64,000 nt of DNA from Hormiphora californensis (Eukaryota > Animalia > Ctenophora), in assembly GCA_020137815.1 (NCBI GenBank), contig CM035355.1, forward strand, positions 4,278,001 through 4,342,000, in the 5' to 3' direction. Both the position numbers and the translations under genes were made by a program. Shown piece by piece: positions 13,274 to 40,979 of this stretch (position 1 is its first letter; each line of letters starts with the position of its first letter). The notes under the pieces are model-generated. The model was not told the origin of the DNA and did no database searches. It worked only from the letters and a program-made list of their open reading frames with translations.

Positions 13274-14041
13274 ATGGCAACGACGCCGTGTGATCGGATC
13301 TGCGTTGATCTACTAACTCGTAAACTGTGGCACAATGCTGACCGGCTCGTTCTGGGCGATAGGGAAGTTGTGGCTGCCCGTGAGACCAAGTTTTCATCTC
13401 TTGTCATTTTCATCCCTATGAGCGGTAAGATGAGGGTATCAGAAATGGGCAAGGTCCTCCGAAATGTAAAGCAGTTGGCGTTGGAACTTGCTAGCGGTGA
13501 AACAGAATTAGAACGACAACAATCACCTCCATCGGAACCTGCTCCTTTATCAAACCAACCGTTGGGGGAGGAGGATAAGGTGAAACATGATCCTAAGGAT
13601 GGGAGATTCCAACTTGAACCAACTTTCAATCGAGACAAGTGTCTCAGACTTTATCGGGAGTTGGTTGCCGCTAACAATAAACACAGAATGGAGGTAGAAG
13701 AGGAAAGCAGGAAGCGGGCTCGTGTTGAGGAGGATCGGCTAGGTCTAACAACAAACTCTCCACCTCGTCGCCCTGACAACCCCTCTCCACCATCTGACAA
13801 CCCATCTCCACCCCCTAACAACTCTCCACCGCCTTCTTTTGATATCTCAGTTGATCTTTACACCAGTGTTATGTTCGCTTTTCACGATAGTGGAGCCATG
13901 TCCTACTTCCAGGCCGCCCCAGGTCTAGCCGCTCCCAATCAGTGCCCCGACGAGTCAGATGATGAAAAGCCGCCCGAGGAGGTGAAGAAGGAGATGGAGA
14001 GAGCAGCAAAACAACAGAGAGAAAGAGAAGAAAATGGTTGA
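13274..14041 (+). CDS. Uncharacterised intronless protein (~255 aa, Pro-rich/charged)
   Basis: Long ORF (13082-14041); probable ATG at 13274 preceded by AG; co-oriented in the cluster; no domain recognised. Confidence 0.5.
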   Translation: MATTPCDRICVDLLTRKLWHNADRLVLGDREVVAARETKFSSLVIFIPMSGKMRVSEMGKVLRNVKQLALELASGETELERQQSPPSEPAPLSNQPLGEEDKVKHDPKDGRFQLEPTFNRDKCLRLYRELVAANNKHRMEVEEESRKRARVEEDRLGLTTNSPPRRPDNPSPPSDNPSPPPNNSPPPSFDISVDLYTSVMFAFHDSGAMSYFQAAPGLAAPNQCPDESDDEKPPEEVKKEMERAAKQQREREENG

Positions 14042-14218
14042 TAGAGAAAGAGGGAGCTGTTTCGTGTTGTTGATTTGTTGATGTTTATTTTATTGCAATG
14101 CCACTAATTCTTTGAGATGATATTTTCAGATAACCCACGCTTGTTTGTATTGCGTTACCATGGTAACCCCATGTTAACACCCCACCATGTTAACACCCCA
14201 TGTTAACCCCAACTAGGA

Positions 14219-14998
14219 ATGGCAGTGAACAAGAACAAGCGGCCCTCAAAGAGGAAGGGAAACAAGAAGAAGCTGGTGGACCCTTTCACGAAGAAGGAGT
14301 GGTATGATGTCAAGGCACCCTCCACCTTCACCACCCGAGATGTCGGAAAGACCCTCGTTACCAGGACGACCGGAACGAAGATTGCCGCTGATGCCCTCAA
14401 GGGACGAGTGTACGAGTGCGCTCTGGCTGATCTGAACAACGACGAGAACGCCTTCAGGAAGTTCAAACTGATCTGCGAGGATGTCCAGGGAAAATACTGC
14501 TATACCAACTTCCATGGTATGGACATGACCCGAGACAAGCTGTGCTCTCTCGTCAGGAAGTGGCAGACCCTCATCGAGGCTACCGTTGATGTCAAGACCA
14601 CCGACGGATATCTCCTCCGAGTGTTCTGTATGGGATTCACCAAGAAGCTCTCCAAGCAGATCAAGAAGACAGCCTACGCCCAGGCCTCTCAGGTCCGAGC
14701 CATCCGAAAGAAGATGGTTGACATCATGGCTAAGCAGGTTGCCGGCGAGGACCTCAAGGCTGTTGTATTGAAGCTCATCCCCGACAGCATTGGAAAGGAT
14801 ATCGAGAAGGAATGTCTGGACATCTACCCTCTGCACGACGTTCACATCAGGAAAGTGAAGGTGCTGAAGAAGCCCAAATTCGATCTCGGCCGACTCATGG
14901 ATCTCCACGGAGAGATTGGTGGAGCTACCGACGAGAACGGAGAGATTGTCGCCACATCCAACGATTTCATTGAGCCCCAGGTGCAGGAATCTGTCTAA
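14219..14998 (+). CDS. RPS3A: 40S ribosomal protein S3a (eS1), intronless
   Basis: MAVNKNKR...[15 protein letters not shown]...[25 protein letters not shown]...[21 protein letters not shown]. Confidence 0.98.
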   Translation: MAVNKNKRPSKRKGNKKKLVDPFTKKEWYDVKAPSTFTTRDVGKTLVTRTTGTKIAADALKGRVYECALADLNNDENAFRKFKLICEDVQGKYCYTNFHGMDMTRDKLCSLVRKWQTLIEATVDVKTTDGYLLRVFCMGFTKKLSKQIKKTAYAQASQVRAIRKKMVDIMAKQVAGEDLKAVVLKLIPDSIGKDIEKECLDIYPLHDVHIRKVKVLKKPKFDLGRLMDLHGEIGGATDENGEIVATSNDFIEPQVQESV

Positions 14999-15294
14999 AT
15001 TTTTAATCGGTTGATTTTTTTATTTATCCGAAAAAAGATATTCGTGTTTTGCATTGTTTCTTCGTCCTCTCATCAACCCCAAATCTAAACCCGTACTATC
15101 CACTCTAGTTCCTTCCCCACACGACTACCCCAATACTTCTCCCTCCTCTCCTACTAACCCCCTCCCTTCCTATATATCCTCCCTCCTTGTGCCCTCCCTT
15201 CTAACCCCCTCCATCCTACCCCCCCCCTCCCTTGTCCCCTCCCTTTTTTAGCCCGTCCCAGCTCCCTACTAACCCCGTCCCCTGTTATATAGCC

Positions 15295-16299
15295 ATGACA
15301 GACGTGCGGTGGGACGCCGTCATTGGTCTCGTATCAGCAGGTCTCTGCTCCGGATGCGCCTACTTACTCTACCAACGTAACAACCACCACTCATCCGTCT
15401 CCCAAGCACCCTCATTCCCAACCGTGTCTCGGCTCCTAGACTACATGCAAGAGAACGATGTCAATGAGATCAGTTTAGTATCAGTCACGGGTCGGGTATC
15501 ATCAATTGAAGGTGGGGGTGATCTTCCCAGCAAGTATCTGGATAGTGTGAGAGGGGTAATGGTGGAAAATAGGACTATAGAACATAAAAAGGAGTGGAGT
15601 GCTATCCTTCAGCGGTGGGAGGATGACGAGCACGTGATATCAGTAGTGAGAAAACACACAAACTTTGTACTGAATGATGGGGTGAATAGTGTTAGAGTGT
15701 TGGGAGCCCCCCAGAGCCACCTAGACCCCCTCCAGGTGGTATATGATAAATTTGAACCGGTCGAGGAGCGGAATGCGGTGGGAGACTTGTTTAGTTTTAT
15801 TGTCGGAAGTCGGCTGAAGGGCCATCAATATGTAGAACGAATGCTTCCTGTAAATACTATCCTAACTGCTGTTGGCACGGTGAAACTATCAGATAATTCC
15901 TTCATTATAGAACCTCCCCCTAGTTCACCATACATTCTCAGTAGACAGACTCTGCCAGAGGTGCTGCAGGATTTGAAGGACGCCACGTGGACACCCAAGG
16001 TTGCCATGGTAATATTCGGGGGCATTTCCCTCTCAGTACTTGGGTATATGGGCTGGAAACAGTTGGCTAGATGGAAGGAGAAGAGGAGGAGAGAGAGGTT
16101 GGTAGAGGAAATGGAGAGGATGAGAGAGAATGGTGGATCACAGAGCGAGTGTTGTGTTGTCTGTCTGGATAATCCCAGAGGTGTAGTGTTGATACCTTGT
16201 GGACATGTGTGTATGTGCATTCTCTGTGCGGATAATATGGACACTTGTCCCGTGTGTAGGGGTCAAATCGAACAGATTGTCAGGACTTTCAATGCTTAG
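15295..16299 (+). CDS. MUL1: Mitochondrial E3 ubiquitin ligase MUL1/MAPL (TM-GIDE-TM-RING), intronless
   Basis: N-terminal TM, GIDE-like ERMLPVNTILTAVG, second TM, C-terminal RING CVVCLDNPRGVVLIPCGHVCMC...CPVCR. Confidence 0.9.
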   Translation: MTDVRWDAVIGLVSAGLCSGCAYLLYQRNNHHSSVSQAPSFPTVSRLLDYMQENDVNEISLVSVTGRVSSIEGGGDLPSKYLDSVRGVMVENRTIEHKKEWSAILQRWEDDEHVISVVRKHTNFVLNDGVNSVRVLGAPQSHLDPLQVVYDKFEPVEERNAVGDLFSFIVGSRLKGHQYVERMLPVNTILTAVGTVKLSDNSFIIEPPPSSPYILSRQTLPEVLQDLKDATWTPKVAMVIFGGISLSVLGYMGWKQLARWKEKRRRERLVEEMERMRENGGSQSECCVVCLDNPRGVVLIPCGHVCMCILCADNMDTCPVCRGQIEQIVRTFNA

Positions 16300-16521
16300 C
16301 CCCCTTCCTTCGAACCTTCTAGAATTAGTTTTGTATAGTACAGAGAATGTCTTTGAATATAATGTGTCTGCACGGTTATTGAATTTCAGTTTTTTATGTT
16401 TTGCGTTTTTTCGGCGGAAAGAGAGAATCAATTATTAGTCTGTGTATATTTTGAAAAGCGAGAGAGAAAGAGACGCTAAAGACAGCCACTATCCAGGGTC
16501 TATGTCCTGAGAGTGCTGTTT

Positions 16522-17103
16522 ATGGAAAGTTCAGCAGTTGTAATTGCTGTTGGTGTGGGTGCCCTGACCTTCCTCTACCAATACCAAACAAGGACACCCG
16601 ACCCTGCCATCCCTATCCTGATCACCCCCTTGGAACACGCCAAAAGAGCCATCACCACCATACAACACGTAGTGAAGAAGGAACTTGAGCCTGTAACTGG
16701 AAGGGCACAACTGAGTGATATTATTGAGGAGGGGGTTAATGAAGCCCGGAAGTTTTTAAAGGGCCTAGTTAGGGATATCCGCCGGAAATTCCGTTACCCC
16801 CGGACTCGTGCTATAGTCGGAGTTGTGAGTTGTGCAGCTGCACTCTGGACTCTGAACACCCTTCTCAAGTTCCTGAAACGTGATCACCGAAATAGGAGAC
16901 ATTCACAACATGACCCATGGAGCCTGTTATGTCACTATTTTGAATACCAGAGACGTCGAATAGGACGAGTAATGAAATATCATCCAGTGGAGTCGACCCT
17001 GTTAATCGGTACTGCAGCAGTAGCATTCGTCCAGTTGAACCAGGACCTTCTGCGGGACCTTGAAATGGCGCTGTCAGAACCTAGGATTGTGGTAGTTTAT
17101 TAG
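16522..17103 (+). CDS. Uncharacterised intronless protein with ~3 hydrophobic segments
   Basis: ~193-aa ORF with TM-like stretches; co-oriented in the cluster. Confidence 0.55.
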   Translation: MESSAVVIAVGVGALTFLYQYQTRTPDPAIPILITPLEHAKRAITTIQHVVKKELEPVTGRAQLSDIIEEGVNEARKFLKGLVRDIRRKFRYPRTRAIVGVVSCAAALWTLNTLLKFLKRDHRNRRHSQHDPWSLLCHYFEYQRRRIGRVMKYHPVESTLLIGTAAVAFVQLNQDLLRDLEMALSEPRIVVVY

Positions 17104-17468
17104 TCTGTCTCTATGAAATTCTGTGTCTGTCTGTCAGTGTGTTACGGACGGTGTGTCGGTTTGTCTGTGTGTCATGTAAATAGCAGTTTCTACACACACA
17201 CACGTGTTAATTATATGTTTTTGTACCGTGAATATTTCGATTGCTATTATTAGTAAATTTCAGTGGTTTAACTGTTTTATAAATCTACACAGCTAACAAT
17301 AGTTATGTCCCTCTTCCCAACCCCATCACACAAACTTTCATAAAATTTCCCATGTACCCCAACCCCATATCACAACATCTCTCCCTGTGTAGCAATGTAA
17401 CTTCTCAACCCCCTCCATGACATCACGCATCATCTCTCCCTCTGTGTAGCAATGTAAAGTGCAGTAGT

Positions 17469-19150
17469 ATGAGCTCAGCAGGTAGCACTACCAGCTCCTC
17501 TACAACCCAAGTAACATTCTGCTGTCAGCGATGTGCACGACCCCTCAAACTCGACCCTTCCCTCCAGAATGTCTCTCTGAAAAACTTTGGTAAGTGAATT
17601 TTTAGATCTACCGAACCATCACGTTGTGTGAGCCACACCAAGTGAACTGGAGAAAAGGGTTTAGCTGTTCTAACCTCAATCGTTGTGTGACTAAAGTTGT
17701 AACCTCCCTTATCCCATAGCGGAACTAACGAGCGGTAACAGCACAACATCCCGCCCCGACTTCCTCTCTTCCCCTCCCATCGACGTGTTTGCCGATGATG
17801 GTGTTGAGCGAAGGGTCATCGTTGAGAACTCCTCCCGAGATGACTTTTGTGTCCTCGCTAAACCTGAGGCAACTAAGACTGAAGTGTTCCATAATAAGAT
17901 CAGGGTTGCAATGCAGCTGTTCGATATTCTCAGTGAGAACTCCGTGATAGACCACCCCCTATGTGAGGAATGTACCAGGAGTCTGTTTGTGCAGCTGGAT
18001 GAGGAATTGAGGAACTTGAAAAAGGTGAGGACATTAAATATCTGGGGGGATATATCTCTCATTATTTGTCCCTCTGTTACACCCTGTACTACTCTTCCAA
18101 ACTCCAACCAATACCCACTAAATCCCTCCGAAATTCTGTAAAGCATCTCACCCAATACTAACCCCCTCCCCCCGGCCCTCCCTCAGGATTGTGCACTATA
18201 CCAAAAAGTCCTCTCCCAACTCCAACAAGAAGATACAACCACCACGACGGCCCTTGATACCGAAATATCAGAGCTCCGAGCCGAGGAAGCCTCTCTACTT
18301 CGGGAACTAGAAGAAGCAGAGGCAGCTCACTCCAGTGTCCAGGGCGAGTTGGAAGAACTCCAAAAAGCGGAAAAAGAGCTCGAGGAGGAAGAGGAGGATT
18401 TAGCGCGGGAGTGCAATAAGTATGAACACAGGCTTGCTGAAGTGAAGGAGCAACAGACGTGCCTTGATAATGAACTGAGATACGCACACAAGGAGTTGGA
18501 AAAATTAAAGAAAACTAATATTTTCAATACAGTCTTCCACATATGGCACGATGGCCATTTTGGGACTATAAACGGGTTTAAACTGGGCAGACTGCCAACT
18601 TGTACTGTGGATTGGGATGAAGTTAGTGCGGCTTGGGGACAAACTGCTCTCCTTCTATACTCTCTTGCTAAAGCTACCAACTTTAAATTCCAGCGCTTTC
18701 AGGTAGGTTCAGCCACTGAACTTCAGTATGTGTTAGACCTCTTTAATCGTGTGGTTATATTCACTCGACTAACAACCTTTTCCAAACCAAACCAAAACCT
18801 CTCTTCTATTTCAGATAGTCCCGTATGGCAGCCAGAGCTATATCCAGGGGGAAACCAAGTTCCCACTTTACACCCACGGTGGTCTGCGGCTGTTTCTTGA
18901 TGCCAAGTTCGATCAGGGCATGGTAAACTTTCTGGATTGTCTGAAACAGTTCCTGGACTCGATCGAAAAGATGGGAACATTCAACTTTCCGTACAAGATA
19001 GATAAATCAAAGATTGGTGACCAGAAAGGGTTTTATAGCATTAAACTGCACTTTAACAGTGAGGAACAGTGGACCAAAGCCCTGAAATATATGTTGATTA
19101 ATTTGAAGTGGGCGCTTACAGTTGTAGCACACAGTAAGAGAGATAAATAA
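17469..19150 (+). CDS. BECN1: Beclin-1/Atg6; exons 17469-17589, 17720-18024, 18187-18702, 18815-19150
   Basis: FCCQRCARPL, IDHPLCEEC, coiled coil, FHIWHDGHFGTINGFKLGRLP..VDWDEVSAAWGQ, NSEEQWTKALKYML. Confidence 0.97.
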
Positions 19151-19466
19151 TAATTTTGTTAAATGTAAATATGTTATACCAGGTGTATTTCCTTTTGTTT
19201 GTTTTGTGCGTGTTCGAATTGTAATATTTTTGTTGATTTTTCAGATTCTTTGCAGACAGATATCCATTCTCTTAACTTCTATCAAACCCCTTACTAAAAC
19301 TACACTTATATTATCTAGCTATGTAAAACAAGCCAAGAGAGGTACTAGCGGTACCCACCACAGAACAAACCCTCTCTCCAACAACCCAACAACACAGCCA
19401 ACCCTCTCTCCAACAACCCAACCAACTCACTCCTACCTCTAATACTGCCTCTCTCTAACACACAAT

Positions 19467-26647
<7,181 letters not shown>

Positions 26648-27377
26648 CTGGACACTTCATCGGAACTGTGCTGGACACGGCTGGACATAATCGAACAGGA
26701 TTCCCCAATATTAACCAAATACACTGTGTAATTACTCCGAAAATATCAAAATGAGTAAAAAAACAGCAGAAAACCCCGCAAAAGACACTTCAGATTAAAT
26801 GTATGGTGCTGGTGGTATGTCTTGTGTTTGTTTGTTTGTAAAATTGTTGTTAGTTGACTGCCATCAGACTACCAGAGATATCCAGAGTTTATCTCTACTT
26901 TTTATTTTACGTTTCCAAATTATTTAATGTTTTCACCCCCACTGTATCGCTTTGTATTGTTTATTTGATTTTACGTCTTACACTACACACTGTCTAAACA
27001 TTCATTTCCCCCCTGTGTGTGACGCAATTTGCTGTGTGACAGCAGCTGTCTTACTATTTACCCCTGATTTGCCCCCTTTTCTTGTGAGTTGTCCCCTCTT
27101 TAGAATTCTTGGCCCGTTCCTCTTGTTCATATTGAGTTATTAATTATGTTAACCCCAACTTGTTCAATAGCTGCATGAACAGAAGAACTGTAAAGTATCC
27201 TGGTAGTATGAGGATTAGTCAATAGAAAAAGAACTACAACACTACCCCACTACACACAATGCAGTTATATCACAAGCACGATGACAGTACTCGGTTTAGT
27301 AATACAATCCCTCCTCCTTTTCCTTCTAGGCATTCAGGTGAGTCTGAAATCAGTGTTTTGAAGAGTTCACAGTTGCC

Positions 27378-35044
<7,667 letters not shown>

Positions 35045-35456
35045 AGTATCAGACTGACTAATTATAAACTGTTTTTTTTTGCTGCTGTGTTTATTATTGT
35101 GTTTATTATTTTAGTGAGTGTGATTTTGAGAGAGTGAATTTTCGTCCCGTCCTAATCCCTTCCCTATTTGTTGCGTGTGTAAAGTGTGTATATTCCTGCA
35201 ACCGCAGTAGTTTGCTATTTGAACGATATCCTATCTCTCAAACTCTGGTAAAAATGGAATTGGATATGGATTTCGAAGGAGAGATAGGATATCGTTTCAG
35301 TTTATCAGTCCAGCAGGTTATTAATAAATAATACGTGAGCTATTCATTTCATTGCTTTTTGGGATACAAATAACTAATTTTACATTTGTTTAATAGCAAA
35401 CAAAACACCTTGTTTACCGAATTGTAAAATAAATAAACTGACAACTGGATAAAAAC

Positions 35457-35538
35457 CTGTCTGGCGGCGCCGACCCGATCTGAGCGCACTGTCATATGGA
35501 TTTCGATAATCAAAACGGGGTCTGGCGGCGCCAGACGG
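35457..35538. mobile_element. Tiny MITE (CTGTCTGGCG family)
   Basis: TIR ctgtctggcggcgcc / ggcggcgccagacgg, 8-bp TSD ATAAAAAC. Confidence 0.8.
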
Positions 35539-35572
35539 ATAAAAACCATACAATCTTTCCCAATTCTCTTTC

Positions 35573-36856
35573 TCAGTCATTCGTGTTTTTCTTCCTAATA
35601 TTTCTGGCCCTCCTCTTCTTGAAACCTGCTACAGGTTCCGTGCTTTCTATCCCAAGATCTTCTATCACCGCGTGTGTCTTTACTTCATATCTCCTCTCTT
35701 TTACCACCAAGTTCTCCGCTTCTGGAGGCAGCTCGTCTGAAAATAAAGTGGAATCAGGAGTGTGGAGTGTGAAACTGGGAGTGGGGAGGTAGCACCCCGG
35801 TAGTGGAATTACCTGGATTAATTGGTCCTATTCCTTCCACTTCTTCACTGTCCTCTGCCTGTGTAGAAATACTCTCCCAAGTTCCCAATCCCGTCGTCTT
35901 GTCCTTCTTCTTTTCTTCCTCTTTCTCGGCCTCTGTGGAACGCAATGCGGTCAGATATACAAAACCACAAGAACAGCTGTTCGACATTCGTAATCGCGTG
36001 TTCCGGTTCGAGCCGAAAGAGTTAATTACCTTTCTTCAGAGCGTAAATTGCTTGGTTCACCACTTCCACATCTCTCGAGGTCTTCCTAAAACACAGGAAA
36101 TGATATTATTGGCCATTGGGCCCCCTCTCTCGAAAATGTACAATGTACAATTGGAGCATGTTGAGTGTGGGGACACGCCCATCCTTCTCACACAGACCAA
36201 TACTCGAGCGCGCGCATTTAACCGATGCTGACATTAGAAAGTTTAAAGTGTGCGCGGTATCGCGGCCTACGTCTCCGGCCACTTACTTTGAGCTACTCGA
36301 GGTCCCATCAGGACCGAGCTCCTTTATTCCAAATCCATCTTTCTCTACCGCTAACCGGGCCTTTTTCTCCAGCGATTCCATTATACCCCCGAATTCTTCC
36401 TTATCTTTTACTGCTTGTGCACTTCTTTTACGAGCTTCTTTGAGCTGTATCTATTGGGTGGGCGTTGAACGTGAGAAATTAAAGGATGTGTGAGATTTGG
36501 GCGTTAACAATTTCACTTTGAAATGAGACAGGAAACTGTGTGCGTGCGTGTGTATGTCGTGTGTGTATAACTTGTTATTGTAGCAAGAGAGAGAGAGAGG
36601 ATAAAAATGAGGTTATATGAGTGAGTAACATTCTCTTGGATCGGGGCCAGAAAAGAATCATCTAACAGTCTCTAACTATCAAGCAGGGCTCCAAATTAAT
36701 TACACTTCTCTCTCTCAATTCTTATCATCTCACCTCAACAGCTTCCTTGTGTTTTTTTCCATTTTCATGAAACTGTCTGCTTAGTAAATTGTCGGTGATC
36801 CATACTTTACATTGAGGGCAAAACTTTCGAGGATTTGATTTCCAATACTCGGACAT
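35573..36856 (-). CDS. WBP4: WBP4/FBP21-like U1-type zinc-finger splicing protein; exon 1 36856-36734, further exons ~36450-36287, 36087-36029, ~35955-35790, 35738-35573
   Basis: MSEYWKSNPRKFCPQCKVWITDN...FHENGKKHKEAVE; C-terminus GFKKRRARNIRKK. Confidence 0.8.
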
Positions 36857-36892
36857 ATCAGCTGAAACGGATGTTAATATGAGGGAGAGAGA

Positions 36893-36958
<66 letters not shown>

Positions 36959-37043
36959 TAGCTAGCATAGAGAGAGTCTCTCGAGCTATGTTAGACTCGC
37001 TCTCGCTCTCTGCGCTCAGCGATTCTCTCTCTCTCTCTCTCTC

Positions 37044-37104
<61 letters not shown>

Positions 37105-37238
37105 CTTCTCTCCCCATTCCTCTATCCCTGCATACATCACACACAGTCATTTTGCATGAGTGTACAATGTTAGACCAATCGCACGTACAGGTATATAGAG
37201 TTGCACTCTTCCCGGCAATACTTCTGTTTCTCTCTCTA

Positions 37239-37308
<70 letters not shown>

Positions 37309-37655
37309 CCTCTCTCTCCCTTTGTCATAGAGCACATATAATACATCATGGTTTGAACATGGAAATAAAAAATGTAGAAAAGATCGATTGAGAAAGAGAA
37401 AGCCATCTGTCTCGATGAAAACTTTCCGAGAAAAAGGATATCGATTCTCTAGTCTTCAATCGATTATTTTGGCCGCTTTCTCTTTATTTCTCTTCCTTTC
37501 TCTCTTTTCATTTCAGATAAGACAATACCGATCCTTCGCTCTCTTTCATCATATAAATATGGCATACAAGTCCATATATATTAACACATCAAAACATTAA
37601 GAACACCCCCAATAAAGAGTTTATATATCCCAGATAAAGTGTTGTTATTATATCC

Positions 37656-37764
37656 CAGGAACCGACCGACACAAGTAAACAACCAATCAGAACTCGTTAT
37701 TTAGGTCACGTGACTGGTTATCAGCCAATCAGGGACCAGTATTTCCTGATTCGGTCGGTTCCTG
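37656..37764. mobile_element. 109-bp hAT-like MITE
   Basis: TIR CAGGAACCGACCGA / TCGGTCGGTTCCTG, perfect 8-bp TSD TTATATCC; same terminus family as 3756-5098. Confidence 0.9.
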
Positions 37765-38206
37765 TTATATCCCCAGTCTGTCTGAGACAAAACACTGAAT
37801 AAATCCCAATCAAGTCTCTCTTTTTCCCGCAGTATCTGAATCATATCTCTGTCAATCAATCCATAGAATCTGTTCCTGATATATTCTTTCCAAAACTATC
37901 ACCTGTAAATTAATTGGGATTAAAAAGGAAAATATATCACAAAGAAATACTATCTGGCTGATATAAAAAGTGAAATATTGTTACGTACGTATTCCAGCAT
38001 GGGACTTTGTTCACAAAGTGATTTTCGTAAGATCCAATTTAATCCAATCTGAAAAAACAAAACTTTAAACCAACTTGGATAGGAAACCAAGAATTAATTT
38101 ACATAATATGTACATAATATGTATTGTGTATGTACATAATATGTAATATGTATATGTAGTGTGTACTACATGTTATAGTACAAACTTGTGTATACACAAG
38201 AGCCTA

Positions 38207-38832
38207 ATCACTGCGCTGGCAAGCGCAAAGGTGACCCCATCCATCCCCCGAAAAAAATTCCCCCAAAAACGGCCCGCTTGCTCACAGCGTATATATAGTT
38301 ATTTCATACTTTTAGCCCATTTTGGCACTTTTTGATATGCCATAACTCCCGAACCGGAAGAGCTAGGGAGCTGAAATTTTGTACTTAGAAGCTTCTTGTA
38401 GACCTCTATCGATGGTAAAAATTTCAAGTGGCTAGCTCTTTTTGTTCAAAAGTTATAACACCACCCCCAAAACAGAAAATTCAGTGTGGGGATAACTAGG
38501 TTGATCACTGCGCTGGCAACCCCCCGAAAAAAATTCCCCCAAAAACGGCCCGCTTGCTCACAGCGTATATTTGCCTTGTTCGACCCTCCCTCCCTCCCCG
38601 CAAACAAAACAAGCGTATATATAGTTATTTCATACTTTTAGCCCATTTTGGCACTTTTTGACACGCCATAACTCCAGAACCGGAAGAGCTAGGAAGCTGA
38701 AATTTTGTACTTAGAAGCTTCTTGTAGACCTCTATCGACGGTAAAAATTTCAAGTGGCTAGCTCTTTTCGTTCGAAAGTTATAACACCACCCCCAAAACA
38801 GAAAATTCAGTGTGGGGATAACTAGGTTGATA
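38207..38832. repeat. ~300-bp tandem duplicated interspersed-repeat unit (2 copies)
   Basis: tcactgcgctggcaa...tggggataactaggttgat at 38207 and 38504. Confidence 0.85.
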
Positions 38833-39153
38833 CATACATACATACATACATGTATAGACGCTTTGTTACCTTCTGTTTGGTCCCAGTTTGAGACGAACCA
38901 GACATCGTACGACCTTAAACCAAGCGGCATTCGACAGATAATTGTCTCGTGCATGTACCCATCTGGGTGGCGACTCTCCATCTTACCTATGACGCGCACA
39001 ATGACGTCATGAGTGACGTCATTGTGTGAGACCGACTAACTTTTTTCAAACGCCTCTAGCACCCTGAAGACGTGTTCCGATTTCTGATTTGACGAAAAAT
39101 CGTTACCGGCAAATTGTCTGAACTTTCAGATACTATATCGCGAATTTTCATAG

Positions 39154-40272
39154 GGGGGGGTGACACGTAACACTTTGTAACACTTTGTAACATGTAACGT
39201 GCACAAAAAGTTTTCTGCACATGTTACAAAGTGTTACATAGTGTTACAAAGTGTTACATAGTGTAACAAAGTGTTACATAGTGTTACATAGTGTTACAAA
39301 GTGTTACAAAGTGTTACAAAGTGTTACATAGTGTTACATAGTGTTACAAAGTGTTACATAGTGTTACAAAGTGTTACATAGTGTTACAAAGTGTCACAAA
39401 GTGTTACAAATTGTTACAAAGTGTTACAAATTGTTACAAATTGTTACAAAGTGTTACAAATTGTTACAAAACACAAGGATTTGTAGCGAAGCAAATTTTC
39501 AACGGTTGGTGAATAAGTAATTTGAACGACTTTGGTGTCTTTCTAGAACACATCTAAAAGTTTTAAATCATTTCTAGGGTTAAAACATACACTTTTTTAC
39601 TAATTTGCGGATGTTTTGAGCCTCCGATGTCATCGACTGTGGAAATCAGGGCTGAAATAGTCCATTTGGTAAAGAAAAATATGAACTTTAGACAACGGTA
39701 AAGTTTTTAGAGTGATATTAGAAGTATTGTGCCTCTCAGAGGCCCCCAATGTGCTGAGTCACCTGTGAGTTGTGACCCAATTGACTTTTTTTCATAGGTA
39801 ATCGATTCTTTGTACTTAATAAAATGATATACGACGTTTCTGTTGGAAAAAGAAATAAAATTTTTCCAAAATCAATTTTTTGGTCAAAGATTGAAAATGT
39901 GCTTCGCTACAAATCCTTGTGTTTTTGTAACAATTTGTAACACTTTGTAACAATTTGTAACACTTTGTGACACTATGTAACACTTTGTGACACTTTGTAA
40001 CACTATGTAACAATTTGTAACACTTTGTAACACTATGTAACACTTTGTAACACTATGTAACACTTTGTAACACTTTGTAACACTATGTAACACTTTGTAA
40101 CACTATGTAACACTTTGTAACACTTTGTAACACTTTGTAACACTATGTAACACTTTGTAACACTATGTAACACTTTGTAACACTATGTAACACTTTGTAA
40201 CATGTAACGTGCACAAAAAGTTTTCTGCACATGTTACAAAGTGTTACAAAGTGTTACGTGTCACCCCCCCCC
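39154..40272. mobile_element. Foldback MITE with G/C-run termini and inverted 10-bp (gtgttacaaa/gtgttacata)n arrays
   Basis: TIR (G)nTGACACGTAACACTTTG; 8-bp TSD TTTCATAG; empty site visible in the paralogous copy at ~41297-41304. Confidence 0.92.
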
Positions 40273-40608
40273 TTTCATAGCTCATCATTTTGAGCCCTTC
40301 AATCGCGTCGGAAGTCAAAAATTTGACGAAAAATTCAGTAAACTGAATGTATTTCGAGCAAAAACTCCCTTTCCTGACCACTGTGGTCAATAAAACTTTA
40401 CAAGCTCCTTTGGGGTATTGATTCAAAATATATCGTCATACAATTACGTCGTTACGACGTCACTAATTACGTCAAATGACGTCATAATGACGTCTAAAAT
40501 ACGATTTTCACAGAAATTTGTCTCGTTTCTCATATAACGCATCATTTCGACAATATTACATCATGAAATAATGTCATGCTGCGATTGGAAACCAAAAAGG
40601 GACCTAAA

Positions 40609-40979
40609 TTAAGCCAAAAACTAATTGAATTAGTTGGCGAGAAAGGTGGCCCACCTAAACCTTTGCCTGCTGCCAGGATCAGGGATATAATGAGCTGAGG
40701 TGAATATAATGGAATAAGGCAGTAAAAGAGAGTTTGATAGAGTGTGTGAGAGAGAGATAGAGAGAGAGATAGAGAGACAGATCGAGCGAGAGAGACAGAG
40801 AGCGAGAGAGACAGGGAGGAGAGAGGGATTGAACAAACATTCAGAATAAGTTGCCCTCGAAAAATATGAGATTGAGATACCGAGGGAGAGAATTAGAGTT
40901 CGTGGTGATACCCGGCAGCAGCAAAAGGTTTAGGTGGGCCACCTTTCTCGCCAACTAATTCAATTAGTTTTTGGCTTAA
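40609..40979. mobile_element. Palindromic element with ~65-bp TIRs around an (AG)n core; second copy 41633-42036
   Basis: ttaagccaaaaactaattgaattagttggcgagaaaggtggccc... and its reverse complement. Confidence 0.8.

Noticed and set aside
14246-14908. 220-aa antisense ORF to RPS3A (and other antisense ORFs over coding genes)
   Set aside because: Shadow ORFs caused by codon bias on the coding strand
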